NCBI RefSeq assembly: GCF_964204645.1
Contig: NC_134035.1
Span: 4,712,001 to 4,776,000, forward strand
Source: Tubulanus polymorphus
Taxonomy: Eukaryota > Animalia > Nemertea
Length of the DNA: 64,000 bases
Direction of reading: 5' to 3'
This document shows, one piece after another, positions 36,874-50,062 of the stretch (the first letter of the stretch is position 1; every line of letters starts with the position of its first letter). Position numbers and translations under genes: made by a program. The notes under the pieces are model-generated. The model made no database searches. It was not told the origin of the DNA and saw only the letters and a list, made by a program, of their open reading frames with translations.

Positions 36874-39800
36874 TCAAAGCGTCGTGGTAATGAATCGGCC
36901 GTCCGGTTGTAAGACAACTTGCAATGGTTTTCGGCCTCTAGAGGGCGGCGTTGGTGCCTTCCGCTTCCGCCGCGGACTCACAGTATTCGGTCGTTTCTTT
37001 CCGGAATCAATGAGTTTTTCGCTTGATCGATAGCGTGAAAAACTGTCCGTTTTCGGATCGGTTATCGAGAAAACTGACATGTCCTGATTTTTCGCTTTTC
37101 CGCTCGTTAACGACTTTTTCTTCTTTTTCGTAAGGCTAGCCTTGATGTCTAGTAGTTCGTTCATGTCATCGCAGGTGGCGGGATCGGTCAGCGATTTCGA
37201 ACCTTGTTTGAGGATCTTTTTCTCGAGTTTTTTCAATCTGGCGAGTTGGCGCCTCTTTCTCCACACGTGGACGGCGATTTTGTACGAGCAGTACATAGCA
37301 ACAATCTGAGTGAAGAAAAAAGAAACGGACAAAATTTACTAGAAATGAAAAGGCGTACACAATTTTCAAAGGGAAAATATTCAAAATCAGCCCATGCATG
37401 CAACGAATCAATGAATAGTGAAAACACTGCAGTGGAAAGTCGAGAGAAGATACACAATATCCGTGTAAGACGAATAACGAGAGAGATCCCACGATAAATT
37501 CAGCTAAAAATTAAAGGTTCTATGGTAAATTGGTATACGCGTATAATTCGAGCAACGTATCGGCTATGATGATATTTAGCCGAAACGTTGCTCGAAATAT
37601 ACCGTTAGCGGTAAAAATCCCCTTGGTAAAAATCCCCTCGGTAAAAAATCCCCAATTCTTCAAAGTAGGTAAAAATCCCCCTCCTGAATGTGGTGTAAGT
37701 AGATACAATCTTAAGGTCAATGAATTCGTATAATTATTACATATATCCAATTTATTATTGTGGGACATCATAAGGATATCATGAGTATACAAACTATAGT
37801 ATATACTTGAATTAAAACATACTACAAACTACCAGCCCATTAATACTAAATTAGTACTTAAAGTTATCACACAGCTTAATGAAAGGGTTCATCGCACTAA
37901 TATATTTCACTAGCTTGAATCTAAAATATCTAGAATTAAAAGTCCATTATTGCTTATAATTCATGGCATTGCACTGCTCAAATATACCCGAAGTCAACAA
38001 GAGTTTACAGTACAAAAATATTCCAGTTCAAATTTTTAAAAGATATTACAAATAAAAAGTTCATTGTTCTTATTAGTTCCAACAATTTATTTTATTCTAT
38101 GAGTTTACTTAAAGAATGTATCCCAACGAAAGATTCCATTGTGCAGTTCAAACTAATTTCAGTCTCATTGCAAATAAACGAAATTGGAGAAACATTTTGC
38201 TTTGAAATGTTCTTGAAAATCACCAAGTGGGGATTTTTACCTACTTTGAATATTTGGGGATTTTTACCTAGGGGATTTTTACCCAGGGGATATTTACCTA
38301 CAACCGAATACCTGTATACCATTTTACCATAGAACCTTTCATTTTTTTGCTGAATGTATGGTGGGATCGCCTCGTTACTGCAGTGGAATGCTAGAATTCA
38401 TAAAGCGATGCCGGTTGATGATCTGAAAAAAAACGTGTAGCCCTAAATGTAAGGAAAAGTGTTCGCAAAATAATGAAATGAATTTGGGAAGCAAATAAGA
38501 TTTAGACGTGTGAATACGTGGGGGATATACGTGCGTTCGTGTCAAAGTAGTGAAACAAATTTAACAAAAAGGTGGAAGCTGTTTTCTACCTTATCGTCCA
38601 CACGAATCAGACCCATTGAGGGGCGGGGCATGGGTGACAGCTATGTCGACTACCCGAGGTTCGGTGACAGTTAATTACGGTAGCGTCGACACCTCGTGCA
38701 GATGCACCCAAACAAGCCGAGTAATTACTTATGTTGCGGAGCATATTTTCTAATGGATTTTGTATTATTTCACGCAGTCTGGAAAATAACCAACTAATCG
38801 TAGCCGTGAAACTGGTAAGATAGTTAGCTAATCTAGAGGGGCAGTGGTTTATGGTAGAAACGCATCGGTCCACGTTCGTACACGCCCGCCGTATCGCCCG
38901 TCTCATCTGTTGTACCGTTCTAAACAGCGAATAAATCCCGAACAACTGAAATATCAATCATCGAACAAACTAAAACATTAGACAATACGCCGCCGATGAC
39001 AAAATGCCGAAGCTACTTTCGAGAAGGGTGCTCGTAGAATTCGAGGATTGAACAGACGCGGGACAGGGTTTGTAATGGTGGAGGGTACGTATCCGTCCGT
39101 GGTATCAATAACCGTCGACTATGAATTTGAATCCTCGGGATTGAATAATGAAATATCTGTGACCCGTTCGGCCACCAATAAAGGAAAAGTCGAGAAAGCA
39201 AGAGGTCAGCCACCACGCTGACTTGCATCTCTGGTCACGCAATATCCCGACTATATAAACGGCTCTCTATGGCGCTGTCTATCACATAGACGTTTTTGTT
39301 GAAGGATACGTTACCTATGCTGAGGTCGTTTTGGTGATGACTTCGCATTTGAACACCGAGATGAGCTTGGTAAGTGCCGCGAATCAGTTGTGGAACTTCA
39401 TGGGTAGTTTGTTGTAGCATGAACCCTATAATCCCACAGGGGCGGATCCAGGCTGGTTGAAAAGTGGTTCGCCTTATATGAAAAGGCCACTTTTAGTCAT
39501 AGCGGGCGTCCGGGTGAGCGCCGTCGGGTCCCCCAGAAAATTTGGAAAATTCAAGTACATTTTAGTGCATATCTAGGACTACTGCTTTATGTGAATCAAT
39601 TCACGTACTCCTATGTACATTTTCATGCTATATACTGAATACAGGAATACTGATTTTCGTCATAGATCAATGTCAGTTGGAATCTTTCACCTGTGATTTT
39701 CAAAAGGGCACTTGGCCCGAAAAGGGGGTTCAAACCACCTCAACATCCCCCTGCGGTTCCGCCCCTGACCCATGGTGTAGACACTCACCTCTACTACTCC

Positions 39801-42800
39801 CACTACTACGATGATGTCGGCTGTCGGTGCCACAAATTTCGTGCTATAGTCGTTCAGTGTTCTACATCCCTGAAAGATATTACCGTTTGGAAAATGAGAA
39901 AAATACCTTTTTTCGGAAAAAAAGAATTTTTGTACGCGCTGAAGTGCGTATATTTTCTGTATTACTTCAAGGAAAATTACCTGACAGTGTTTCCACGACA
40001 AGAACCATTTAGCAAGTTCACCTTTTTTGAAATAGTAAACGCAGAACATGAGAATTTGCACCGCGCTCAGCACCAGAACCACGCAGAAGTACTGGAAAAT
40101 ATTTCGAAGTGAAAAAAGTAAGTGCTACATTGCTAACTTTCGCGTCTAAAGACGGATTTCACCGAGAAGTGCTAACTCACCAACCATAAGGCCCATAGAT
40201 ACTCGCAACATACCCCTACCATACCGAGTAAAGAGATACCGACGATTCCACTACCAAAACCGAATAGAATAGCTGAAATCAGAGAAAAGAAAATAGTAAT
40301 CAGAACTACTACTTAGAAGAAAAGAGAAACTTTGATTTATTCCCTAAGATGAATTACTTACTTATCATTAAGTTGATTGTACCACTGACCCCGGGAATGA
40401 GACTTAAAAAACCAATTAAATAACGGAGTACCATTGCCATACCCAACACTGTAAATCCTCCTAACTGAAATTACCAAACAAATATCCATTTTTCTAAGGA
40501 ACCATTTCTATTTGTTCCATCTGTAGGGCCTAACGATAGCCGAGTTTAATATGAAGATATATTAGAAAAAAATTGAGTAGATGTAACGAGCAATCATCTC
40601 AATAATTGCTCGTATAGATGTAACGAACACGCAATTGCTCTCAAATATATACTTGGTATATAGGACGAAATTGATACGAGGAAATATTCGTTTCTGCGCA
40701 TTATTCGCGATTTTAGAATTAGTATAAACAATGATAGTCAAACTTCAATTATTTCTAGAAACATCATTTCGCTTGATCTCAAAATGAAAAAGATTTTATG
40801 GTGAAAATAGAGGCCATGCACTGCCGAAGGTGTGTGACCTTGAACTCACCTATCGCAGTGAATCGTCTGCAGTATGAATAAGCAGATATTTGTTAGGATG
40901 TAATAAATTAGCGTAAACCGCAAGGAAATTTGCTGCTAAATTTCTAATATCTATCGATTCTAAATATTTACGAAAACCTGCCATTCACGTGCAGTTTCCT
41001 AATTGAAGGTCAAAACTGCTCGGAAATATGGCATATAAAATTATTATTTCTTTTCTGGCGTCGTGAGTCGAGTTTGACTAAGGACTTTTGAAGTCAGCTG
41101 AGAAATCATTCAATGCTTTAGCTCAGTTTTCCTTTTTTTCAAGAGATGAGCAGTCGGCTCTAGTTCCACGTATTTGGGTAAAGGGGACATGAGCCAATTC
41201 TATAGACTGGGCATCATTCAACGGTATACGACTGGTCTTCAGATTTACGCACGTCTTGCATGTGACGTCATAGTTATTTTTACTGACAGTTTCAGAGACT
41301 TGTCATACCTTGGAGTGATTTGACAATCAAATCATTACTCTAACGACAAAAGCTAATCGGGCCATTTACGAACTTCGGAGAGTGCGTCAAGTAAATTGCT
41401 TATCGCGTTTCATCACCTATATAGTGACATGGAAAAAAACAACATGGCTGCAAGATCTCCGTTGAACTGTAACGAATAAGAAAAGAGACGCCCACTCAAC
41501 GGGGATCGAACCCGGTTCAAGCGTGCTGACCAGTAGACCAATAGAACTAGCCCCTTTGGCAATTGGGTATAAAGCTTGTCGTAACAGAACAAACTAGATC
41601 TAGTTTAAGACGTGAATGTAGAACGGCCAGTTGGTTTAAGCCGCCGGTCACTGGGTCTCGTCAATCCAGGGTTTATGGGTTCAAACCCTGGTGGCGACAG
41701 AGTTTCTTAGTCGAAGGTTCGTCTCTGGTCTCTCCCCCGTGGAGAAAAAAAATATCGAACCCGCTTATAACGCCCTGCGTGGCGCTTAGCGGGTTGAGGG
41801 TGTTAAAAAAACCTCCAATGGGACTGGGTTTAGGTTGCAATACTGACTCTGTTATCCGAGTCAATCGGGCAAACAGACCCTGTGATTTTCTCATTTTTTC
41901 CTCGTATAGATTCACAAGCGATTCTTTTTATCGCACATATTCTGCATCAATCTAGTAATTGCCCACCTTAGGATCGGATCGTACGTGAGTCAATCTCGTA
42001 CAGAGAACGGGACGTTGTTCGAATTTTTGTGAGTCACGTAAACAGATTCTAGTATAGTTTATAAAGCAACCTGTATGATTAGTAGTTACTTTGATCTTCC
42101 CTTTTTAACGATGTGAGCATGCTTTGTAACTCGCAACGAATTTCTTGTTATACGTGATAAAAATGATTGTCGTTCGGTGGTTGTGTAAGCGATTGAAAGC
42201 TAATACGAGGCAAAAATGCTGCGATCAAAAAGCAGATTTTTTCTGCATGATTTTCTGTGACCTTTTTCACGTAAGAATATCTAATTCATTTTCCGCTGAA
42301 ATTAAATTCTCTATCAGTCGTTTTGTCACTTTAAAAGAAAACGAAACGGAGAAAGTAGGAGAAAATATTCAAGATATTCTCGTAATATCTGCGAAATCTT
42401 TCAAGATTTGGTATTTCAAGTATTACCGTGCATTTCTCTTTTCGTATACGTATGGCCATTTTGCGCAGTACAAATCTAATGAATAAATTATATATACAAC
42501 TTCCGTGTAAGTCTAGTTTCCATACTTTCAAAAAAACATTAATAGCTATTTTTGGAGATAGATTCAAAGCACGTTGAATCTCTATTTACGGATTACAATC
42601 AGAATTCATCCTGTTTAGTGAATATGTATTTATATGTATGCCCGTGTATTTTTGTAAAATCCTATATATTCAACGTATCTCGTGATATCAATAAGTATTT
42701 ATCATACATCGTTCTTAGTTTATAAACTCATTTCGAATATTTTCACGACGTTATCCCCCCCTCAAAGAGACCTTTGTCGTGGAAAATGATAATCCTACCT

Positions 42801-42915
42801 AAAATCTAAACTTCTTGATTCCCCGCGGAAAGTTAAGCGTATAAGATATGATACTTACCAGTGCTATAATTGATACTATGATGACAAACGTCTTGTGGCA
42901 AAGAACACTCGCCAT
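36874..42915 (-). CDS. Atypical tetraspanin-like four-TM protein, 6 coding exons (~291 aa)
   Basis: Exons 42915-42859, 40464-40362, 40272-40181, 40091-39981, 39869-39789, 37305-36874 join in phase with GT-AG. Product: MASVLCHKTFVIIVSIIALLGGFTVLGMAM..(TM1), GISLLGMVGVCCEYLWALWLYFCVVLVLSAVQILMF (TM2-TM3 tetraspanin pattern LG..G...E....L..Y), GC...IIVVVGVVEIVAMYCSY (TM4), then a basic tail. Confidence 0.8.
37475..38378. mobile_element. Foldback-type element with long modular TIRs
   Basis: 37475-37682 is inverted against 38228-38378, including tandem GGTAAAAATCCCC subrepeats; AT-rich spacer; lies in the last tetraspanin intron. Confidence 0.65.
38607..38945 (-). CDS. Candidate alternative terminal exon of the tetraspanin-like gene
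   Basis: Acceptor ATTTCAG then phase-0 LFGIYSLFRTVQQMRRAIRR, which completes TM4 after ..VVE; 112 open codons to TGA. Confidence 0.5.
   Translation of the reverse strand: MFGIYSLFRTVQQMRRAIRRACTNVDRCVSTINHCPSRLANYLTSFTATISWLFSRLREIIQNPLENMLRNISNYSACLGASARGVDATVINCHRTSGSRHSCHPCPAPQWV
39437..39767. mobile_element. CAGGGGCGGA-terminal non-autonomous element (relatives ~23321-23560 and ~29690-29965)
   Basis: Termini CAGGGGCGGATCC / TTCCGCCCCTG; the 23321 and 29690 copies share internal GTCCAGAC..GCCTTCT.ATTGAGGTTGCC. Confidence 0.55.
41487..41552 (-). mobile_element. tRNA-derived SINE head / tRNA pseudogene fragment
   Basis: Minus strand TGGTCTACTGG (A box) and GGTTCGATCCCC (B box) without a complete cloverleaf; a second tRNA-like head lies on the + strand at ~41625-41700 (GGTTCAAACCC). 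Confidence 0.4.
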
Positions 42916-44947
42916 GATATTTTCTAAATGTTAGAAATCTTAGAATATTGAACGGTTTGACGGCTAACACAGTCTCTTTTAATACAGTTAGACGTCTTCG
43001 TATATTTTCCGCTTAAGTTTTCGACTGTATTTGCCGGCTCTATGCTGCAAATTTCTTAGACGCTGCTGCCTTCCCTAGAGATCGCGAATTCTGGGCATAC
43101 CTTTCTGGAGGGCCCGGAATACCTGTCGAGTTACACACCGAAAAATTCCCTTCTTAATAATCCTAATAATTGTTCGCGCACATCTAGCAATATTTCTCGA
43201 CGATGCCAGAAAAATCCGTTCGTTTCGGTGAAAAACTACGGATTTCTAAACAATGAATTTGGAGTTCTCTAGGAGTTCGCATTTCAAACGTTCCCGTAAC
43301 GCGCACAAAGTCCAGTTGTAATGTTTTTTTTCCCAAATCTAAAATAAATTTACGATAATTCAGGCCGCAGATGCGGTGAATTAAAACAGGTAGTTTTTAG
43401 TTTACGAAAGCTGATAGGTGTATGAGAGACGTTGAGATGGTTCGGTTCGCATTTATAAACGACCGATGAATGCGCCCAGTGTTTTGCGGTTCTGCATTTT
43501 ATACGTGTATATCACACGGGTATTATATATGCTCAATAGCTAATGCAAACATGATTAGTTCAATTGAATTGTTTTTTTTTTAATTTCAATTTATTGACAC
43601 AATAGATGGAATATGTCACAAAACGATAATGTGTGTATTAGATTTGAAGCCTATGTTGATATTGAGGATGATTCAATTACCGGGTTTAGGCCGTTCGTTT
43701 GCAGTTGGCAAAAACCCTTGTCCGAAAATAGTAACAAAAACAAAGTTTAAGGAACTTTAAATATCCCCTGACTGATCATTTTCCTCGTAGGGATGACGAA
43801 ATATTAGATTTAGATAAAACTCTCTAAAGCGGGTCTAATCATCGAAAAAAAAATAATGTGGATTTAATATTTGACCATATTTGGATAAGTTGAGATAGAT
43901 ATATGCGTTATAGACGTCACCGGTCGATGTGATGATATTACATCAATGCGCTTGGCTTTAGTTAGATTTCGGTAAGAACTGTTCGGTGATGCTCGTCCAG
44001 ATAATTCCTCACCGAAATTATTGTAAATAAAGCACAGATTGAATCTAATAACTAAAAGCAATTACAGTAAACGTTACTCGGACCGGCAGTTGTGGTTCTA
44101 GGTAAGCAATGTCTGAAGATAGGAAAATAAGTATAGTAAGCTACAAGCACCGAGAGAATTTATAATACTGGAGTATGTGTTCATTCTCCAGGAGGGGCCG
44201 AGGGGCTAGCGAAGGAATCCCCTAAAAGTGCTCCTCAAAAAGTCAGTGTCAAACAATTTGGGTCAAGACTTTGCTTAAATTGCATGTGGTGTTTCTTTAA
44301 TGAAAAGCAATCCATTCTCAAATGATTTATTCGGGCACTTCGTGTCAAAGATGTCCTTTATTCAATAGGAAAGTGCCCCTCTTCACCGTGAAGTGCCGTT
44401 TTTCTTGAAATAGAACAACCCATCAAAAAAGCTTGGCGCGGGCCCGAATCTCCCATCCAACTCGATGCTAGTCAAGTAGCTTAAAATCAGAAGTAATGGC
44501 AGATTTGAAAGTCCTGCCTTACATATTTGTACCCGATATATTGGAGTTTTGCATCCTAACGTTTACTGTGAATAGTTCATCTATTCATCCTCCACACACT
44601 GAGTCAGTTGCAGCAATGTCCTCAGTCCAAGAATGACCTGAAATCGATCCTCTTACGTTTTTTGTTTTCATATTCAAAGGCACGAACGAGCAAAGCCTTT
44701 TGACTGTTGTTGTGGATCAAACTCATAAATAAGAAGCAACTTCAATTTTTCGGTATAAAATCAATTTTTCAATTCATTCGAGTTGATTCTTTTAATTCAT
44801 ACATGATGAATTGACACTTAATACACAAATATAACGCAACGCATGCGCAGTAACTGTACAGTAGTAATACATGTATTCATCGTTCTTAATTGCTTGAAAT
44901 TTTTGCATGAAGTCCGTGGCCCAAGGCGTTCATCTCCTGCCCCTATA

Positions 44948-45298
44948 GGCCGCGTTCACACGAAAACTAGTTAGACCGGTCTAAATGGGTCGGTACCTGG
45001 TCCGGTCCAAATTTAGACCGGACCAAATTTTGGTGAGCGTTCACACGGCGTTTTGAAACGCGGTGATAAAATCGCTAGTCACCGGGCTCACAAGATGTCG
45101 CCATCAGCTATATAATCAATTGCGCCTGAATTTAGTCTTGCTTCCAGATTCGAAGTATAGCAAGACATTCTTTATCTGATCAATTCGATCCTCTGTGAGG
45201 TTTCGACATTTTTGCGAATTCGATCTTATTCTATCACGCTGAAACTCTTGGACCGGACCAAAGTTAGACCGGTCTAAATTTCGTCGTGTGAACGCGCC
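44948..45298. mobile_element. MITE with GGC(C)GCGTTCACACG terminal inverted repeats
   Basis: TIRs GGCCGCGTTCACACGA / TCGTGTGAACGCGCC flanked by TA; internal palindromes TTAGACCGGTCTAA; lies just downstream of the SAAL1 stop. Confidence 0.7.
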
Positions 45299-45364
45299 TA
45301 TAGTCACCAATGTAACGTTAAATGCATTTCCTTTATAGTGGGGTTTAAGTTTCTTGCGCGTCTA

Positions 45365-48300
45365 TCACGCCGGAGCGCTTCGCTCCAATATATCGGCCAA
45401 TCGATTCAGGCCGTAGGTAGTCGCGATTTCGCGCCATTTCGACAGAATGTTCTTCGCTATTTTATCCTCGTCCGAAATCGCTTTGAACATCGCGACGATA
45501 CGAACGCGCGGGCAATGTACGTCGAGGTAATCCAGAATCAACGGCACCGAATATCGCGGACTGGCGTCGTCCTGAAAAATACGAAAAAGCAGATACGTTT
45601 TTTAAGCGGCGGCGCGCTACGGAGAACTTACAAAATCCTGATACGCATTTCTTGCTGCTCAGGGATTGCCAAGTATTTCATGGGTGATTTTTCAAATTTT
45701 CCAAATGGAAAAATCGGGCCTTCATAAAAATGAACAGATACCATCGGTGACTGGTTGATAAATGTGATTTTCAAATCGCTGTAGAAAGTCGCCCTTGGCA
45801 AATGCAATACGTGAAATGTAAATGAATTTCCAAAATATTTCCCTGATTTGAGGAAAATTTCTCGAATTCCCAAATATTTCCTAACTGGGAATCGTTATTT
45901 CAAAATTCCCAAGTTCCCTGTACTGTGGGAATCATCATGTGATTATCCGAGGTAATCGCAATCTATGAACCTATCAATGCCGTATTTTAATACTTACCGC
46001 TAACGGCGCCGGTTCATGCAACATATTCGTAATATCCTCGAGGAATCCGCGAATAATCTGATACAGCAGCACTGACGCGCGATTTGAGTCGCGGGTGCCG
46101 CGTTCCGGCGCCGGCGACGACTGTTGACTCGACGCGGCGGCTGGCTGCAGCGGCGTTCGCGTCAGCTTCGACGTCGAAGGTTTCGGCGACGGCGATACGA
46201 TGATACGCGTAGCGTGCGGTTCACCGGAATCATGCGGTTCGCCGGAACCCTGCGGCGTCGCGGAGATTTTCTCGTCCGTCGATGATTTCAGATTTTCTTC
46301 GACAACTGCTGTATCACATTTCGTATTATCCTTATCGGTTTTCGCGTCGCGTGTATCTCCGTCTTGCTGCTTATCAGTTACTCCGTTATCCGTTGAACGT
46401 TTATCATCTTGCGACGAATCTTTCTCCGCCGGTGCCAGAGTTTTCATCGGAGTCGATTTCCTCACCTCGATCTCCGGCAGAACGGCGTCGAGAATTTTCA
46501 ACAGACAACGAATCAATTCGGTGTCTGAAACGTAACGACACAAAAATAAATATAGGTTCAAGACTTTCAAAAAAAAATTCTAGGTATAACGCAGTTTTAT
46601 AACTCAGTAAATCATTTTCCATTCTTGACTTGCAACTGGAAATAACTTCCTAGTGAACTAATGAATTCATGACTAACTGCCCTAAAAGACTCTGATGAAA
46701 GTGTAGAGTGGTTTCATTTTTATTGCGCAATTGTGAAATTCCGAGACTGTATACATAATCTACTACTTCAATGGCAAAATTTGAAGATTTCCACGGACTC
46801 AAGTTTTGATCTCTAATAATCGACCCTGACCTTTATTCAGAAGGGAAAATGTGTCCGGCGAATCCATGATGAGTACGTTGAGAACGGACAGAGTCGACGA
46901 AAGGCTGCCTTCGCGTTCCTTCAAACCGATCACTGGATCGTCGCATACGATCACTAAATACTGCATCAAATACACACTCACTTCTTCAGCATGATACACT
47001 GTATATATAGAGAGAGACATCAGTATTGTAGTTAACTATGCAGTCTTAATCAGGCTTATCGAAGCCCGCTTGAATTTGGTACGCATCTATTTTTAGATCT
47101 CAGCAGAGTTTATTCGGGCGAGGTGTCGTCGATCTGTTGTCTATTCCCTGAAACCCTCAGACAATTGACAAGACTTGTCGCCATCCTTGCAAAAACAGAT
47201 CGCCAAGAACTAAGGGAATCTCGTTTCTGGACTAAACGCACTTTTTATTTCATTTGAAAATGAATTAAAGGTTTGTACAGGACACCAGAAACCTGTCGAC
47301 ATTAAATCTATCACTTTGCATGGAAAAATCAGATCGTCCAGACTTCACTGATTAAAAGTTGATTGTCTGAGGGGTGCGGGGTACATGCAGCAGCTTGATA
47401 GCTGAATTTGAATAAGCCATTGAAATCATAATTCATTTCATAGCTATGATTATACATGTATATGGTGTTGTGTCGGCAAAAAGTCATCGATTAATACTGA
47501 CCTAAAGACTGGACACCGGTTTCTGTGGTCGATACCAATTGGAATATGTGTAAATACGTATCTAAAGTGACGCTCGGTTGAAATCTAAATGGAGACAATA
47601 ATAATATTCAACAGTCGTTGTCGATCACATCAACTGGACCAGAATCTCAATTCGCCAAGATTTACCCGATTTGTTTGAGAGTTTCGAGAAGCGCCAGCAA
47701 CATTTCGACCGTTGCCCATTTGTTGCATATATCGTCGTCGATATCGAGTAATTTGTCTAAAAATTCGCCGACGTTTGCTAACAGATCATCTACAATAGGA
47801 CACGAAATACCGTAAACCGACTAATCAACGAAACAACCTGATACAGTCTACTGTTTAACAACTTACTATTAGTCGAACTGGACAGAATGAACTGGATGTT
47901 GGACACGAGGTCAGGTGTTGATTTAATGGCTGTGATCCATGGCTGACGAGCCTCTGGCGTGGTGGAGACGCATGCGTATAATAACCGCATCGTTTCGACG
48001 AGAGTCGGTGCATCGTGATTCTCCGTCAGCAACATCACTAATTTTCTGTAATTAATTGATTGAAGGTTTAATAGCAATGCACTGTGAAGCCTGAAGCACC
48101 ATTCTTGAAATCAGTTTCTTGTGACATGGTTGCACCACACGTCAGAGGCTGGTTGCTGAAAAGTTGGTTAAAGATAACCGGAGGGTAAATACCATAGTAA
48201 CAATTAACTTAAAATTGTCACTATGTCAACTATCCGCTGGTTAACTCTTCAACAACTTTTTAGCAACTGGCCCCTGACATTTATGGTAGTGCTATTTCAA

Positions 48301-50062
48301 ATAGTTGGCGAATGTTTTGGGGGTGTAGTTACAGGCAGCAGATTGCTTAACCAGGGCGCTTCTCGATGCAGGTCATCAAAAGGGGATGTTTCAAGCATGT
48401 AATGTGGATGTTCTCAAGGTGGTGGTCCAAGGCTTCAGATTGTCCGAAGGCTCTAATTTGTCTAATGAGGGTATTGCCAGGCTGCAGTTTGTCTGGGGTA
48501 GTTCCAAGCTGCAGTTTATCTGGGGTAGTTCCAAGTTGCAGTTTGTCTGTAGGGGTAGTTCCAAGCTGCAGTTTATCTGGGGTAGTTCCAAGTTGCAGTT
48601 TGTCTGTAGGGGTAGTTCCAAGCTGCAGTTTGTCCATAGGGGTAGTTCCAAGCTGCAGTTTGTCTGTAGGGGTGTGGTTTAAGGTTAAGCTTGATTCCTA
48701 TCATTTGACTGTGAATAGTATAATCATATTTTCAAATAACTTACACTAATTTCTCATTTTTACTAATTTCCTCGCCGACGCTTGAAGTACATGCCATATT
48801 CGCGAGAATTCCGATGCAGATCTCGGTAACGCGAGGTGCCTGAGACTTCGTAATTACGCCAGTCAATATCTCGATGGCTTTGAATTCTTGTAGAAATTTC
48901 ACGACGTCTGTAGACATCGACATGTCCCATAATTTACACAGTTCATCCTGTAAGGCTTCGTCGATATCGAATCCTTGCTCCGATTCTTTCTCTAAGTTTT
49001 CTTGGTCGTCGACTTCCTGAGAAAATAATTAACATTATTTCATTTGAGCAAAAAAGAAATTATCATCATCTTTGAGCATCATGGCAAAGTCTAATGATGC
49101 CATCAGGTTCAAATCCCTGTGAAGGAATGTAACAGTCTCACAATGCCATCAGGTTCAAATCCCTGTGAGGGAGGAGTGTCACGTGTCATGATGAAGCCAT
49201 TATCTTCAAATCCATGCCAACTTTTAAGATTCTGAAAATTCTGCGGATAAAAATGAAGGGATGAAAATCTTGAGTTTTAAGGGATACGGCATGATTCTGT
49301 AACTGAAACATCTAGTTGATTAACTAACTCGATGCTAAAGATGTGACATTTGAAAACTTTCGAAGGATACATTTCACAAAATACTTTTGCTAATGACGAT
49401 GATTGTAGTAGAGACCTGTATTAATTTCATGAGAGTTGTAAACAGCCAATGTTTGCTGAACACAGTGTCGCCAATGTTATCAGCGTGAATTAATTCCGTG
49501 CGATCTGCTAATTCTTGCGGTGGAGACGGGTTACGATCACCTGCAGAATAAGAAAATAACTAATCAGAACAAATTAATCATCATTTCCCAATCAATGGCA
49601 GTGCCGCGACATAAATAGGCCCCCCTCACTGGGGGGTATGCGGGGGTGGCGGATACACCCCTTTAGAGATAGCTAATTTATAAAATTACTCTGTAATCAA
49701 TGTTTAAGATTTTTCTTGCCAATGTGATAAGTCTTTTATACCTCCTAATGATTGATTAAGACTAGAGCTCGGTAAACGTCTCTAAAGCCTCCAATTTTCA
49801 AAATGTTTTTTGAGGGAGGCCCACCAAACACCCGGCATTGTGCTTGGATACTGGATTGATGCAAATTCGACCCCCTTGGCTTATAAAAATTCCTGGGGAC
49901 ACCTATGAGTCTCATCATCATCATCTAAGACTATATAAGTATGAGACTCTCCGAGTCCGAGACTTATGGATGTGACTGTGAGACAGGAGAGGAGAGTTGT
50001 TAATGTTAGTTAGAGACTGAGTGGAAACTGGTGAGATGTCACTTACAGCTGTGGTCATCCAT
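45365..50062 (-). CDS. SAAL1: Protein SAAL1 (serum amyloid A-like 1, ARM-like), 9 coding exons
   Basis: Exons 50062-50047, 49540-49416, 49016-48745, 48045-47867, 47789-47666, 47584-47502, 46998-46831, 46524-45998, 45571-45365 join in phase. Motifs [57 protein letters not shown] match SAAL1. Confidence 0.92.
48476..48675. repeat. 27/30-bp minisatellite (~7 units) in SAAL1 intron 3
   Basis: CCAAGCTGCAGTTTGTCTG(TAG)GGGTAGTT repeated. Confidence 0.9.

Noticed and set aside
41625-41700. Possible second tRNA gene
   Set aside because: B box present but acceptor and D stems do not form; treated as a SINE-like head.
44523-44638. Minus-strand segment bounded by an acceptor and a GTAAG donor
   Set aside because: In-frame stop in the phase-0 reading and no link to a neighbouring CDS; could be a UTR exon but is unsupported.
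48347-48749. Repetitive ORFs (DKLQLGTTP)n and their other frames
   Set aside because: Stop-free translation of an intronic minisatellite within SAAL1.
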